From positions 248,001 to 312,000 of the forward strand of contig JASANG010002365.1 in NCBI GenBank assembly GCA_030248215.1: a stretch of DNA of 64,000 bases, in the 5' to 3' direction. Below, piece by piece: positions 25,301 to 36,562 of this stretch. How positions within the stretch are numbered: position 1 is the stretch's first letter; each line of letters opens with the position of its first letter. Below the pieces are notes generated by a model. That model had not been told where the DNA came from. It searched no databases and worked only from the letters and a program-made list of their open reading frames with translations. This DNA comes from Enoplolaimus lenunculus (taxonomy: Eukaryota). The position numbers and the translations under genes are program-made.

Positions 25301-28300
25301 CGCAATAGAGTAGGCTAAATTATAGACTATTTTTTGCGTGGGCTTAGGCTTTAAAGCTTTGCTATAGAGTTGTGTTTATTGCGCTGAGGTGACTTAAATG
25401 TAAGAATATGCTTTGGTTGTTACATCGTTAAAAGTAACATTGGTCCGATTCTTCAGGTCTCGATCTAGTCTTTAACGGAACATATGCCGATTTGACACCT
25501 CATAGCCTCCCCTGAGTATTTCAAATAAATTTTAATTTTTTAGACCTGGATATACTTTCACTTTTTGTGATCTTATATATGGACTACCACGGTACAAAAA
25601 ATGTATTTTCAAGTGTTCAGAAATCTATAATTTTGTCATGTATATATTACTGTGTATAAAATGCGACGCGTACAGTTGAACTGCGTCATTGTTTGCGTTT
25701 GGATGACTGGTTTAGCGCAGCTAAGACTATTATAAGCAGTTCAAAACGAAACCTACTCAAAAATCGTTAAGAATTTGGTTCAATATTCTGACTCAGATTT
25801 GAAAACACAATTTCTTTTCGTCAGGTCCAGCTACATTACTGGTGAAACTGCAAATTATTCAAAAAAAATTGCACAATAGCATTTCGGATATCAGGCAGAA
25901 ATCCGGATGTATCCGGATACATATTTATTTATGGATACATATCCGGATATTTTGCATATCCGACATATATATTAAAAGTTCATTTAGCTCACCTTATTTA
26001 TAGAACACTGTAAATTCCAATGAGTTGATTAATCAATTCAGCTAGCTTGTTGGTTATTTCTGAATTAATAAAACAATAACTTACTCAGAGTTTATAGTTA
26101 ATTCTTTTACTCTGAGATGAGTTTAATCTGGGTGAGTTGATTAATTAAGATTAAGACATTGAATTTGAATCAACTCTAAATTCTGAGTTCTGATACTCCT
26201 AACTCAGACTGACAACGATTCAACTCATTTTGAGTTAAAATTAACTCAGTAAAACTTACAGTGAAGTATATGGATTCGTTTACAGGATACGGAAACATTT
26301 CACCTCGAACTCTGGCGGGGAAAATAGCAACGATTATCTACTCAGTGTTTGGTATTCCGTTGGTATTGGCCATACTCGGTGATTTAGGCAAATTAATGTG
26401 CCGCTGGATGAGTGATTTCTGGTCTGCGTTATACGCGTGTTATCTCACGTCATTGAGAGCGATTCGTTCGATTTGGCGACATTTGAGATTAAGCATCAGA
26501 GTAAGTGATTTACTCCATCATTGATATCGCATCAGACACGTATTTGAAACTAATATTCGAAAGCCGGAATCTCGGGTAGAAGGCGTTAACCATCACCACT
26601 CAGATATGGCAACTTATGAAACTCATGCCGGCTCTCGCGACTTTTGCAGAATTTATACCACACACAAAAAAGTATTTCTAAATTTGTTCAGAAAAGTGTT
26701 TTCTGCGGAAAATCTGAAAGGTTTTGCTGATATTTGAGACAATTTTTCTAAAAATAACTGGAAAACGTTTATTTTGAGACTTTATTTCAAAACGTTTTTT
26801 TTTGAAAACATTTCTGTTATAACAGAAATACTTTTCAAGTGCACCTTGCTAATCATATTTCTCAAATGTAAGAAATTTTGTCTTAAATATCAGAAATATT
26901 ATTTTGAGTGCACATGTATTAATTGTTAAACATTGACTTGATTTTTAAAACCTTACTTAGCTTAAGTACCTAACTACTTTATGTCGCCGACTTAGCTAAA
27001 TACTTAAATTTTCGACCAAAACCAAATAAATGCCAAACGTCAGTCATTGTCGCAACAAGAGAGCAGTTCTGGAGCAGACAGGGCTGGTAGCTCTCCCCAA
27101 ACTCGCGACCGCAGCGAGCGAGAAGCCAGACGTATTTTAAAATTTCGGCGGTTTTCGTTTCAACAGGTTAGGGTGGGGGCTCGTTTAGGGGTGGGGCTCC
27201 CCAAATTGGAGGTATGGGTGTGGCTGTTTCAGCCCTGCAAGAATAATAGTTTTGCTATATATTATTAACCCTTTCTCACATGAATATTTTCTATTTCCCC
27301 CGAGACCTACTTTTATGCTAGGATTCGAACTCCAGTGACTGAAGTGGCAGGCGTATACCATCACCACTCAGCTATAGGAGCTTGACGCTCAAGCCCGAGG
27401 GGGCTCTCACGTCGTGTGGTGATTTAGTACTATGTATACGTGTTGCAATTGTTAAACACGGTGCGATATATACTATTTAACGTATATACACTGCGCTGAG
27501 TTGCCTATAGGCAACTCAATGTGAGAAGGGGTTATAGATAGTCAACCGAAAACTTTTCGCTTAAGGAGGCACAATGAGTCTGCATATTCAATTAGACCAA
27601 GGTTATAGTATGCCTGAACGGTTAATTTGTAATATATCAATTTAATCAGCGACTTAAGTATTTAATTAACTAAGTACGCTTTTAAAAAATGACAAAGTGA
27701 TTAAGTAATTGCTTTTAGCTCGTCCTTAAGTTTTTAAGTCGTACATAAGTAGGGTTTCAGAAAACCATTCAATGTACATTGCGTACTAATTAGTACAGTA
27801 GTACACTCTCTATGAGAATTAGGGTTATACCTAGACTGTAACGAAATATTGTTCGCATCAGCATAAAACAAACGTTTCAAATCAGTTCGATTTAAAGCTA
27901 AGATTTGAAATCCAGCTGCTACTTATATGAAATATACTGTAGTGACCTGAAGAAGACGGGTAATAAGATGAGGGGGCCACCATTTAGAGTACCAATCAAT
28001 AGGAGTCCGTATCCCTAATATTACAGTCCGTAAGCGGATTGAGTTTCTAAACCCTACATAGAGTCCATAATGTCAATAAAATAACATTCTCGTAACCGAA
28101 TAACAGGGGGTACCCTCTGGAGAGGCCAAATAAACATCAGTCCCAATCTTTAGTCGGGTCACTATAGTACTCAGCTTACTTATGGACCATGTTTACTTTG
28201 ACGGACGTACCATTTTTCTTCAGGACTGCAATAGAGTAAAGCTTAAGCTTTAGACTATCGTTTTACACATATTTAGGCTTAGGTCTATCTTAGACAACGA

Positions 28301-31300
28301 CTTTTTATGCGTAGGCTTACATTGAGGCTTTAGGCTTAGGAATATGCTTATATTACTGTTTACGCCCGTCAAAGCATTACACTGGCCATTAGCTACAGAA
28401 ACGTAATGCCGAGAGTATGTCGCGATACTACGACGTCGAAGGTATGATCGCAGACACTCTATTGCCGACTGAAGTTGTACAGCAAGCAGGCGGTCGTCAT
28501 CCAGGGGCTTTTCATGAAAAAACGAGCTTACTCGGATCGGATACTGACTTGAGCGGATCGATCGACGACACTCGACAAGATTTCATCCCGGCCGGACCGG
28601 CGATTGTGCTATCAGTCGCGTGGCTGCTATTTGTGTCGGGGCTGTTTTTGATTTGGGAACGAAATTGGTCGTTTTTCGATTCGTTTTATTTCTTTTTTAT
28701 TAGCGCTACAACAATTGGTCTCGGTAAGACTTGTAACAGCATCTGAGTGCCGATGATTATAGCAGAACAAGGCATCCTAGCCTGGGTAGAGCGTGCGAGT
28801 CCGGCACACGCCCGGTAGCCAGAGTGATTTCGGCACAGGACCGGTAGCCAGATCATATTGCTAGGGGGAGGGGGTTGACAAAATCTTCACGAGAGGAATG
28901 CAAGGATTTTCGTTGACTGTTAAAATATTTTCGAGGTGGGGTCAATATTTTTTCCAGGGACGTGAACCCTCGGGCCGCCCCTTGGCTACAGGGTTCGTTT
29001 CGCCATTGAAATAAATAAAAGTCCCGAGTAAATACATTAATTATAACGTATCGTATAAAAACTATGAAAATGGATCTAAAATCCCAGAATTTTTTCATTA
29101 TAACATAGCGTAGGTATTTTTCATTTGGGAGTCCCACTTTCTGTATCATAAACAAATCGCTTTGGGGACCTACGTAGAGTGGAATCCACTGGTGGCACCA
29201 TTTGCATCTTTGTATACTGGACCACCTATCTTACCCTAATGTTCATAAAAAACATGGATCCGGTTATGGATATTCAACACGACTTCCTGTGTATGAACTC
29301 TTTATTAAGCGATATTTTAGTAAGTAAAACAAACCATCCAAATATTAAATTAAATTATTTGCAATGTCATCTGTTACGCATTGTTGAACGTAATATTGAA
29401 CTCAATCTATAATAATTGTCGTTCAAACTAACTTCAACTAAGCAAGTATATAAACAGTAAACTGTTTCTTTAGGAGTTAAAACTTCAATATATACCAGGT
29501 ATCTTTGTTGGACATTTCACAATGTTATATAGAAACGAAGTGCAATGCTATCATTTTAATCTACTTATATATTAAAGTTGGAACACTTCACATACGTATT
29601 TTGGGCAGCGTTCGAGCAGCTTTGGATATCCATATGCAAATTTGCTTCTATACTTCTAAGTGAAAAAATCGTCAGATAGAAAATGTTGTTTACTTTTTTT
29701 ATTTTATTTTATAAGACGAAACCTGTTTGCTTTATGCTTACATTGTAAATGTATGTAAATTGTATATTGTCTTAAGCAGGCATCAATTTGGGACCAGCAT
29801 TTTCATTTGTGGATGGTGGATGCCGGAGTCAATCATTCCTACCGGACCCACACAGACTAAAAAATTTGTATTAGAATTGAATACACAATTGCCAGTCAAG
29901 TTGCAAGGCTTAACTACAGACTTGCTTGAACAAATCCTTTTAAACATACGCCAAAATACAGTGTATTTTAAGAGAGTTGCACATGTGTGAAACACGGATT
30001 ACTAGTATACATTATAGGTGATGTTGTTCCTGAACACCCTGATTATATGATTCTTAACTTCGGTCTGGTGATATTTGGTTTGTGTTTGATATCAATGTGC
30101 ATCAACATTATTCAAATGAAAATGGAACAATTTTTCTACAACATTTTGCTCAAAATACAAGAGGAATACCAGAAACTAATGGACGAAGAGGGTAAGTACA
30201 CTGCAGAAAATGGTGAGTCAAATTGACTCTCTCCGAAGTAGGCTTTTCGTTACTATACAAAACTGAGTTAAAATTCGACTCCACCCGGGTCAAATTCGGT
30301 TCACCGAGTCGAACGTTTGACTCTGCCGGAGGCGAATTTGACTCAGTTTGTGTAGTCCCCAAAAGCCCATTTCGGAAAGATTCAATTTGACACACCATTT
30401 TTTGCAGTGTATTTAATGTTGTTTTACGTTTTATTCAATTTCAAATTTTGTAAATTACGCTGAAATGTTTCATATACTTTTTTAATAAATCGACTATATA
30501 ATATTGCATACGTAGCACTCTCCTGTCGACCTTTACATTCCGATATTTTATCCAAACTAAATTTCAACTTTTAATTTAAAAAACAATGCTTAAGTGTAAA
30601 ATATTTCACTGAGTAATTGTCAATCTAAGGGTCGCGCTATACTTTTGATGACGTTTGGCAGCGTCTTTGACAGGTACTGGTGCCGCCCGTCACCGTACAG
30701 TACCATACTACAACACACATGTACTGGCGCATGACACATCATATGAAATTATGAACAAAAAATTTTTTGACGTCAGCTGCCGTCTGGCATTGAAAAGTAT
30801 ATGGCCACTCTATTTCCGCCGCAGGAACAAGCGTGCAATAGTGCGCTTTATCTTACAAATCATTTCTACCTATATTTTAATGATTTAAGTGCTGTTCCTG
30901 TACTACTAGCTTTAATTTCATGTACACTGCAAAAAATGGTGAGTTAAATTGACTCTCTCTCTCCGAAATAGGCTTTTCCGGACTACACAAATGGAGTCAA
31001 ATTCGACTCCGCCAGAGTCAAATTCGACTCACAGCGATTCATTGAGTCGAATTTGACTCTGGCTGAGTCCAATTTTGACTCAGTTTGTGTAGTCCACAAA
31101 AGCATGTTTCGGAGAGAGTCAATTTGACTCATCATTTTTTGCAGTGTTACTTGCATTATATATACTTAATTTCATGTAAGCTGCAAAATACTTAATGTCA
31201 TGTAGCATAATTATAACTTAAAGGTTGGGTTTCTGAAACAATCTTTAAGTAGGACTTAGCATTGAAGTACGTGCTAAGTAATTACTCAACCATTTTGCCA

Positions 31301-34300
31301 TTTTAAAAGCGTATATATACTTTTAAGTTAAGTAAATACTTAAGTCGCTGACTAAATTTGATAAATTACAAATTAACCATTCAGACATACTACCCCTGGT
31401 GTAATTGAAATTTCCTGTAATTTGCACGCTAGTTAATTTCATATTAACTTGCACAATATATACTTAATTGCATATAATTTGCACAATTAATACATAATAA
31501 ATTTACGCAAACTTTCATAATACGCCATCTATATATTAAACCTGGAATGCCCCAAACAGGTATTTTGGGCAACTTTCCAGCATTACTTTGTTTACAATAT
31601 TTTCTTAACACAGAAACGGTGATTGTTTATGTGAAACTAAAAATTGGCACGCAGATAGTTCTTCGCTAATTATTTGCGCATTACGCAAAACCGGCTGACT
31701 AGTTTCATCTAATTTGCATAAACAATCCTCAACAGGAATTGTAACTGAAAAAGACAAAGACAAAATACTGAATAAAGCGTGGAAAAAACAACCATGGTGG
31801 GCACGAAATATGATGCCTGCGGCGCTCGGCGAGCGAAAAACGAAAGAAATCGACCGCGCAATGACAAACACAATAATTCATGGACTTGGAACCGCAGTTA
31901 AATCGACACAAACGCCCGGCACAGCGTTGAGCTCGAGAACGTTTGAAAATACCGCAATTCAGTGTGATTTTTTGCCGGCTCGATTTTCAAAGGCCACCGA
32001 TGTTGACGAAAGACTATTTTCGTATTACGGTAAACGTTCATTGTGTTAGACGTTTGAGCCCATGTAACGATCAGGGGCAGAACGTGTTTCTGTGGGACTG
32101 CAATATAGTAAAGCTTAAGCTTTAGACTAATTTTTTGCTTTAGCAGAGGCTTAGGTGTCAACTCGTTCTTACGCTTCCGCTTAGGCTGTAGGCTTTAGGC
32201 ATAGGCTTGCCAATATGCTTATAATACTATTCCACCCCTTCAAGGTTCCGATATACTTTTACTGAGTCGCGTGCCTCTGCATTAAGAAATCGTTCCGGCC
32301 GCTTTGGCCCTTGTAAAGATCAGGGGCGGAACGGTTTTCTGTGGGACGAGAATACAGTAAGCTTAAGAACTAGACTAATTTTTTGCTTGGATTGGACTTT
32401 TTTTAGGCTTTAGGCTTAGCAATATGCTCATTCTAACGCTTACGCTTAGGTTTAGGCTTAGGAATATACTCATTTTTACGTTTAGGCTTATGCTTAGGCA
32501 TAACCCCTTCTCACATTGAGTTGCCTATAGGCAACTTAGCGCAGTGTATATACGTTAAATAATATATATCGCACCGTGTTTAACAATTGCAAGACGTATA
32601 CATAGTACTAAATCACCACAAGACGTGAGAGCCCCCTTGGGCTCGAGCGTCAAGCTCCTATAGCTGAGTGGTGATGGTATACGCCTCGCACTCCAGTCAC
32701 CGGAGTTCGAATCCTAGCATAAAAGTATGTCTCAGGGGAAATTGAAAATATTCATGTGAGAAAGGGTTAAGCATAGAAATACGCTTGTAATACTGTTCCG
32801 CCCCTGTTCTTTACACTGGCCACGGCTTTAAACAGATCGCTATGGTCAGAGCAGTACGAGACGTAAAAAAACTCTTAAGTGAATATTTCACTTTAGCTTT
32901 GCTTTAGGTCAGAAAACTGTGGAACTGATTTCTATTTGCCAAATTTAATAATTTGTCCTAGCAATTTTAGCAACTTTGATCTATACCAGCTTTGGCTTTA
33001 CATGATAGATATAAATCACTAAGAGTTTTGCATTTACGTATCGAAATACTTCGCGTCTTAGCGTCAATTTAGGTTTCTGACTCAAATTCAGAACCTGTTT
33101 TAAACTCAAGGATCGAGTTTCATTAGGTTTTCGTATTAACCGCCGGCAAGTTTTGCTATCACTGCATTGCTAATATATTGCATTACTGTGCCTTTGCCAG
33201 ATTTTCCTGAAACCAATTCGCAGATCTCGTCGCTAACTGGAAGCAACGAACCTCACCCATCCGATCCAGTATGGTTAGTGTCTGACGAAACACAAACCTC
33301 TGATGTGCCTGATATTGTGTTGGTACGTACGGCTAAACTGCTACTAAAGCATTTTTCAGCATATCGATGGAATACCCTATGAAACTCTATGAGAGACAAG
33401 AAAAAGACACTTTTATACACAGCAAAAAATGGTGAGCAAACAGTTTTGCTTTATACTTAAACTTACCACTTATATATCTTCAGATATTCCTAAAGTTGAA
33501 ATAAGTTAACCCACAAGTAAACACAGATTTCAACGACTCGTTTCGCTTCACAACCCAGTAAAAAGTTTAACCTGAAATAACGATGTGCGCTCTCAGTTCA
33601 AACTTCCACCGGAACATACGTACTTTAGGAACCGCTTGAAGAAGCGATTGAAATGTTCAATATGCCGCCGGAAATATTCGTCGCCGGAGACGACAACGAA
33701 GTAACGCTACTGCATACATCCGCTTCGCCTAATAGCGCACGTATGCATCCCAGTAACGATGCTAGCATCAGTCGATCAGTGACTCGACAACATAGTACAG
33801 ATACACGTGACACTTTAACACAAACAACGCGATCGTTAACAAATTTAGCAATTACTGATTTATTGCGAAATTTAGCACCCCAACTCGATGAACTCACTGC
33901 GAGGCCAACAAACGCCGATTTAAAATCGAAACCATCAATAGCTTATGTCAATAATGGCCATGGCGAAAATACTGACGTCATCAACTCAAAATACACACCC
34001 CTGGTTGATTTAATGAACTGGGTATCGTCTCCAAAAGCATCCGTTTCGTTCGCTGAACTGCCGGATTACAGCGAGATTGCCGATTACGTACGAACGCTTA
34101 CAGGCAACACCGGCAACTTGAGCGACTCGTCTGCTCAATCTTCAATTTCGTTGCTCAATTTAAGTTTCAGAAGCAGTCATCCTGGCTCAGATGTTTCGTT
34201 TTCGAACAGTTCGTGCTATTCTACAGATGACGACGTTATTAACGTGGAACCAAATAAGTCAAAAACACCCGAATCCGGCATTGATTCAGTGACATTTTTG

Positions 34301-36562
34301 CCTGCTGTGCACGCGTTACTCAGTGCAAACAGTCAAATTGTGCCAATCACCGCGAGCAAACGCCAAGATAAAGTACACAAAATATTGTGCGGCGAACAAT
34401 CGCATAAGTTATCGTCAGATTTAAACAAATCACTACAAACTAGCTGGTCTATGTTTGGTCTGAGCAACATTGACCAGCTTACAGCAAACAGTCATTCCGA
34501 AACTTCGATGGAACCTTTTCCAGCGTTGCTTTCATCGACTGCCACGCTTCCACAGTCCACAATCGCGAGCATTATGCTTGACTCAAACCAGCGTGGCATT
34601 GTCAAAGGAGCTAAGCAAATTGTGATCAAACAACCGTCGGTTGAACTGGAAAACTGTAACGAGCTAACATCGCTACATGACAATGAATCAACAACAACAA
34701 TACAAACAGCATCAAATCAAGATCGTTCACTTCAATTCGCTGAAATCCATATTCACCGAGAAAAGCCAATCAACCATCGACAAACTCAAAACAACGACAA
34801 CAAATCGACGCAAAAAGCAAACTGTGTAGCAACAGTAACCCAACCGCTATTACACCGCGAACGAATCATAGATTGTGGTTGGGAAAAATCTGCTCAAACA
34901 ACGCCAACAGTTGAATCGAAAGAAAACATCCGTCCAACGGCAAAACATCAATATTGTCAATCTCAACCGAACTGTATCGACGCTCAGAGTCAAACAGAAC
35001 TAAGGCTTCTACGAGAATACGCCAAACAATTAGTCATATCCGACGTCATGCCTCAACCAGAGATGCAACATCAACAAACGCTGACAACGTTCTATGGTGT
35101 CGACAAATCGATCCAAAGCTCTGATCCCGAGATCACTGGAGCAGATATCGGAACTGAAACGCAAACAGAGTTCGCACTCGCAAAACCGTTGATTACTGCG
35201 TTACTGCGCGGACTGCACGCGCGTGGCGAAATCATTCCGCTGGGTGAAGACGGTTGTCCACTGAGAACAATTCCTAATCTGGTTGATTGGTCTGCAATAT
35301 TGAATCGAATTCAAACGCTATCATTTGGCGAACCTGATCAAGATGCCAGTTCAAGCCAACGAGCAATTGCAGCAGCACGATACAACGATCCTGTAGCATC
35401 CAATACGTCACAGACTGAGCTTAAAACGTTTGAAGTAATCGACGTTAAATGCCAAACGATGGAATCGCTATTCGACAGCAACAGACAATCAATTGAAAAT
35501 TCAGTTCAAACGTCAATTTCTTTACTGGAATTAGCTTGCAAGCGGCCGCCACCCGACAACGATACCGGATGCCAAGTTGTCGAATCCGAACTCGAACGTC
35601 CTGAAGGTCCACTGATGACTGAACTACAAACAATGGCAGCTCAGACTGGACTGTCACTGGACGACATTGTCTCCAGTCTACCTCAAACACAAGACGATAC
35701 AACATGCAACGCGTCAACTCAACTACATCCTGAGCAACTATACGCCAGCATGCAGTTGCCGTCAATTTTCGATTCAAGTGAACTCGAAGTTCACACGCTC
35801 GGGCCTGGATTCACCAGTTTATATGGCGATTTAATATCTCAAACCGTTGAACAGTCCTGCCAAACGCTCCCGCGGCTTGTTGCATTGCAAAGTTTTGAAG
35901 ACTTCGAAGGATTTGACGAACCAGACGAACGTATCGTTCACATCGGCACGGATCAGTTTCAAATCCTTGGTATCGATGGTCCGTCGTTGGATCCGGCCCG
36001 CTACGCAATCGCAGGACCAACTGGCAAACGTCTTCGAACACGACAAATTGGAACGCAAAGTGACCACAAAAAATACTACTCTGCTGCAGTGCAAACGCTT
36101 CCGTTGCCAAATCCAAGTTTCTTTTCACAACGCACCAATCAAGGCCGACCGAGTTTGTACAGCCCACCTGGTAGCGCTTTGGCGAACATGTTACGGCTAT
36201 TCGGGCAACAACAACCAGCCTCACCGCAAGCGGCTGATTTTCCACGAAATAAAAAAGTCCAAACGGTCGAAGATTGGCCGTACATATCGCCAGCGCCTGA
36301 AGGATACATTGACGTCGCAGTTCAAACTCAAAATTCGTATTTGAGAGTTGCACGACGCCTTGGTGATATTCAAACAGCTAAATCTGGACTAAACCTAAAC
36401 GTTATGATGGCACCTAATATTAAGACTCCTTCTTCAAGTACGGTCGATTCAAGAACGCCGATAGCGGCGTATGCTGAAAACATTTCGCTGTATCCGGCCG
36501 CTGAACATCGCAACCGAATGCAAAAAGCGTTCAAAGCACTGGCTAATTTTGGCCGTTCGTAG
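22372..36562 (+). CDS. Two-pore-domain potassium channel (K2P / nematode TWK family) with a very long C-terminal tail, ~1559 aa
   Basis: Exons 22372-22537, 23698-24147, 26286-26500, 28399-28723, 30018-30191, 31736-32029, 33201-33322, 33629-36562 total 4680 nt with compatible phases. M1 LLIIYSLIGGAMFWAIE; pore 1 WTFATSVFYSGTLFTTIG|YGNISPRT; M2 ATIIYSVFGIPLVLAILGDLG; M3; pore 2 WSFFDSFYFFFISATTIGLG|DVVP; M4 MILNFGLVIFGLCLISMCINII. The channel core is secure; linkage of the last two exons is inferred from splice phases. Confidence 0.88.
23247..23494. mobile_element. CMC/EnSpm-like MITE (CACTGTAAA family)
   Basis: CACTGTAAATCC..GGATTTACAGTG, TA flanks. Confidence 0.75.
24374..24623. mobile_element. 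CMC/EnSpm-like palindromic MITE (CACTGCAAAA family, GAGTC/GACTC repeats)
   Basis: Long TIR CACTGCAAAAATGGTGAGTCAAATTGACTCTCTCCGAAA; copies at 30199-30409 and 30925-31146. Confidence 0.85.
26006..26263. mobile_element. CMC/EnSpm-like MITE (CACTGTAAA family)
   Basis: CACTGTAA..TTACAGTG with 2-bp AA flanks. Confidence 0.75.
27064..27237. mobile_element. GC-rich hAT-like MITE; second copy at ~36882-37066
   Basis: Both copies share CCCCAAACTCGC..GAAGCCAGACG..GGTTAGGGTGGG..TTTAGGGGTGGG; CAG..CCCTG ends. Confidence 0.6.
27269..27531 (-). mobile_element. piggyBac-like MITE with internal Pol III boxes (inverted copy)
   Basis: TTAA|CCCTTTCTCACAT..ATGTGAGAAGGGG|TTAT; near-identical reverse complement of 32504-32766. 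Confidence 0.85.
27937..28167. mobile_element. TA-flanked MITE (CTGTAGTGACC ends)
   Basis: TA|CTGTAGTGACC..GGTCACTATAG|TA; related ends near 18754 and 39920. Confidence 0.6.
28184..28387. mobile_element. TTAGGC-bearing MITE abutting the K2P exon-4 acceptor
   Basis: GGACCATGTTTACTTTGACGG..CCGTCAAAGCATTACACTGGCC with internal TTAGGC variants. Confidence 0.7.
29560..30005 (+). mobile_element. Non-autonomous Helitron
   Basis: A|TCTACTTATATTAAA 5' end; subterminal palindrome and CTAG|T 3' end; 5' part homologous to the 31528 and 44672 copies. Confidence 0.65.
30199..30409. mobile_element. CMC/EnSpm-like palindromic MITE (CACTGCAAAA family)
   Basis: TA|CACTGCAG..TGCAGTG|TA, inserted immediately after a GTAAGTA splice donor. 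Confidence 0.85.
30628..30810. mobile_element. PIF/Harbinger-like MITE (GCGCTATACTTT family)
   Basis: GGGTCGCGCTATACTTTT..AAAAGTATATGGCCACTC; related ends at 20683, 42327 and 59674-59792. Confidence 0.5.
30925..31146. mobile_element. CMC/EnSpm-like palindromic MITE (CACTGCAAAA family)
   Basis: Near-perfect palindrome CACTGCAAAAAATG..CATTTTTTGCAGTG. Confidence 0.85.
31528..31702 (+). mobile_element. Short non-autonomous Helitron
   Basis: A|TCTATATATTAAA .. hairpin TTTGCG-CATTA-CGCAAA .. CTAG|T; second copy at ~44672-44855. Confidence 0.8.
32306..32821. mobile_element. TTAGGC-bearing MITE with a nested piggyBac-like MITE (32504-32766)
   Basis: GGCCCTTGTAAAGATCAGGGGCGGAAC..GTTCCGCCCCTGTTCTTTACACTGGCC; degenerate TSD GCCGCTTT/ACGGCTTT; a truncated sibling lies at ~32056-32245. 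Confidence 0.8.
32504..32766 (+). mobile_element. piggyBac-like MITE with internal Pol III A/B boxes
   Basis: ATAA|CCCCTTCTCACAT..ATGTGAGAAAGGG|TTAA; A box TAGCTGAGTGG, B box GAGTTCGAATCC. Confidence 0.85.
33629..36562 (+). CDS. 2.9-kb terminal exon of the K2P gene: S/T/Q-rich, probably disordered region with many xQT motifs
   Basis: 969-aa stop-free ORF with an in-frame acceptor TACTTTAG|GAA at 33629. Confidence 0.8.
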   Translation, partial: EPLEEAIEMFNMPPEIFVAGDDNEVTLLHTSASPNSARMHPSNDASISRSVTRQHSTDTRDTLTQTTRSLTNLAITDLLRNLAPQLDELTARPTNADLKSKPSIAYVNNGHGENTDVINSKYTPLVDLMNWVSSPKASVSFAELPDYSEIADYVRTLTGNTGNLSDSSAQSSISLLNLSFRSSHPGSDVSFSNSSCYSTDDDVINVEPNKSKTPESGIDSVTFLPAVHALLSANSQIVPITASKRQDKVHKILCGEQSHKLSSDLNKSLQTSWSMFGLSNIDQLTANSHSETSMEPFPALLSSTATLPQSTIASIMLDSNQRGIVKGAKQIVIKQPSVELENCNELTSLHDNESTTTIQTASNQDRSLQFAEIHIHREKPINHRQTQNNDNKSTQKANCVATVTQPLLHRERIIDCGWEKSAQTTPTVESKENIRPTAKHQYCQSQPNCIDAQSQTELRLLREYAKQLVISDVMPQPEMQHQQTLTTFYGVDKSIQSSDPEITGADIGTETQTEFALAKPLITALLRGLHARGEIIPLGEDGCPLRTIPNLVDWSAILNRIQTLSFGEPDQDASSSQRAIAAARYNDPVASNTSQTELKTFEVIDVKCQTMESLFDSNRQSIENSVQTSISLLELACKRPPPDNDTGCQVVESELERPEGPLMTELQTMAAQTGLSLDDIVSSLPQTQDDTTCNASTQLHPEQLYASMQLPSIFDSSELEVHTLGPGFTSLYGDLISQTVEQSCQTLPRLVALQSFEDFEGFDEPDERIVHIGTDQFQILGIDGPSLDPARYAIAGPTGKRLRTRQIGTQSDHKKYYSAAVQTLPLPNPSFFSQRTNQGRPSLYSPPGSALANMLRLFGQQQPASPQAADFPRNKKVQTVEDWPYISPAPEGYIDVAVQTQNSYLRVARRLGDIQTAKSGLNLNVMMAPNIKTPSSSTVDSRTPIAAYAENISLYPAAEHRNRMQKAFKALANFGRS

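Noticed and set aside
33653..36562. 969-aa ORF as a standalone gene or transposase
   Set aside because: No DDE or RT motifs; an in-frame acceptor at 33629 is phase-compatible with upstream K2P exons (standalone use not fully excluded)
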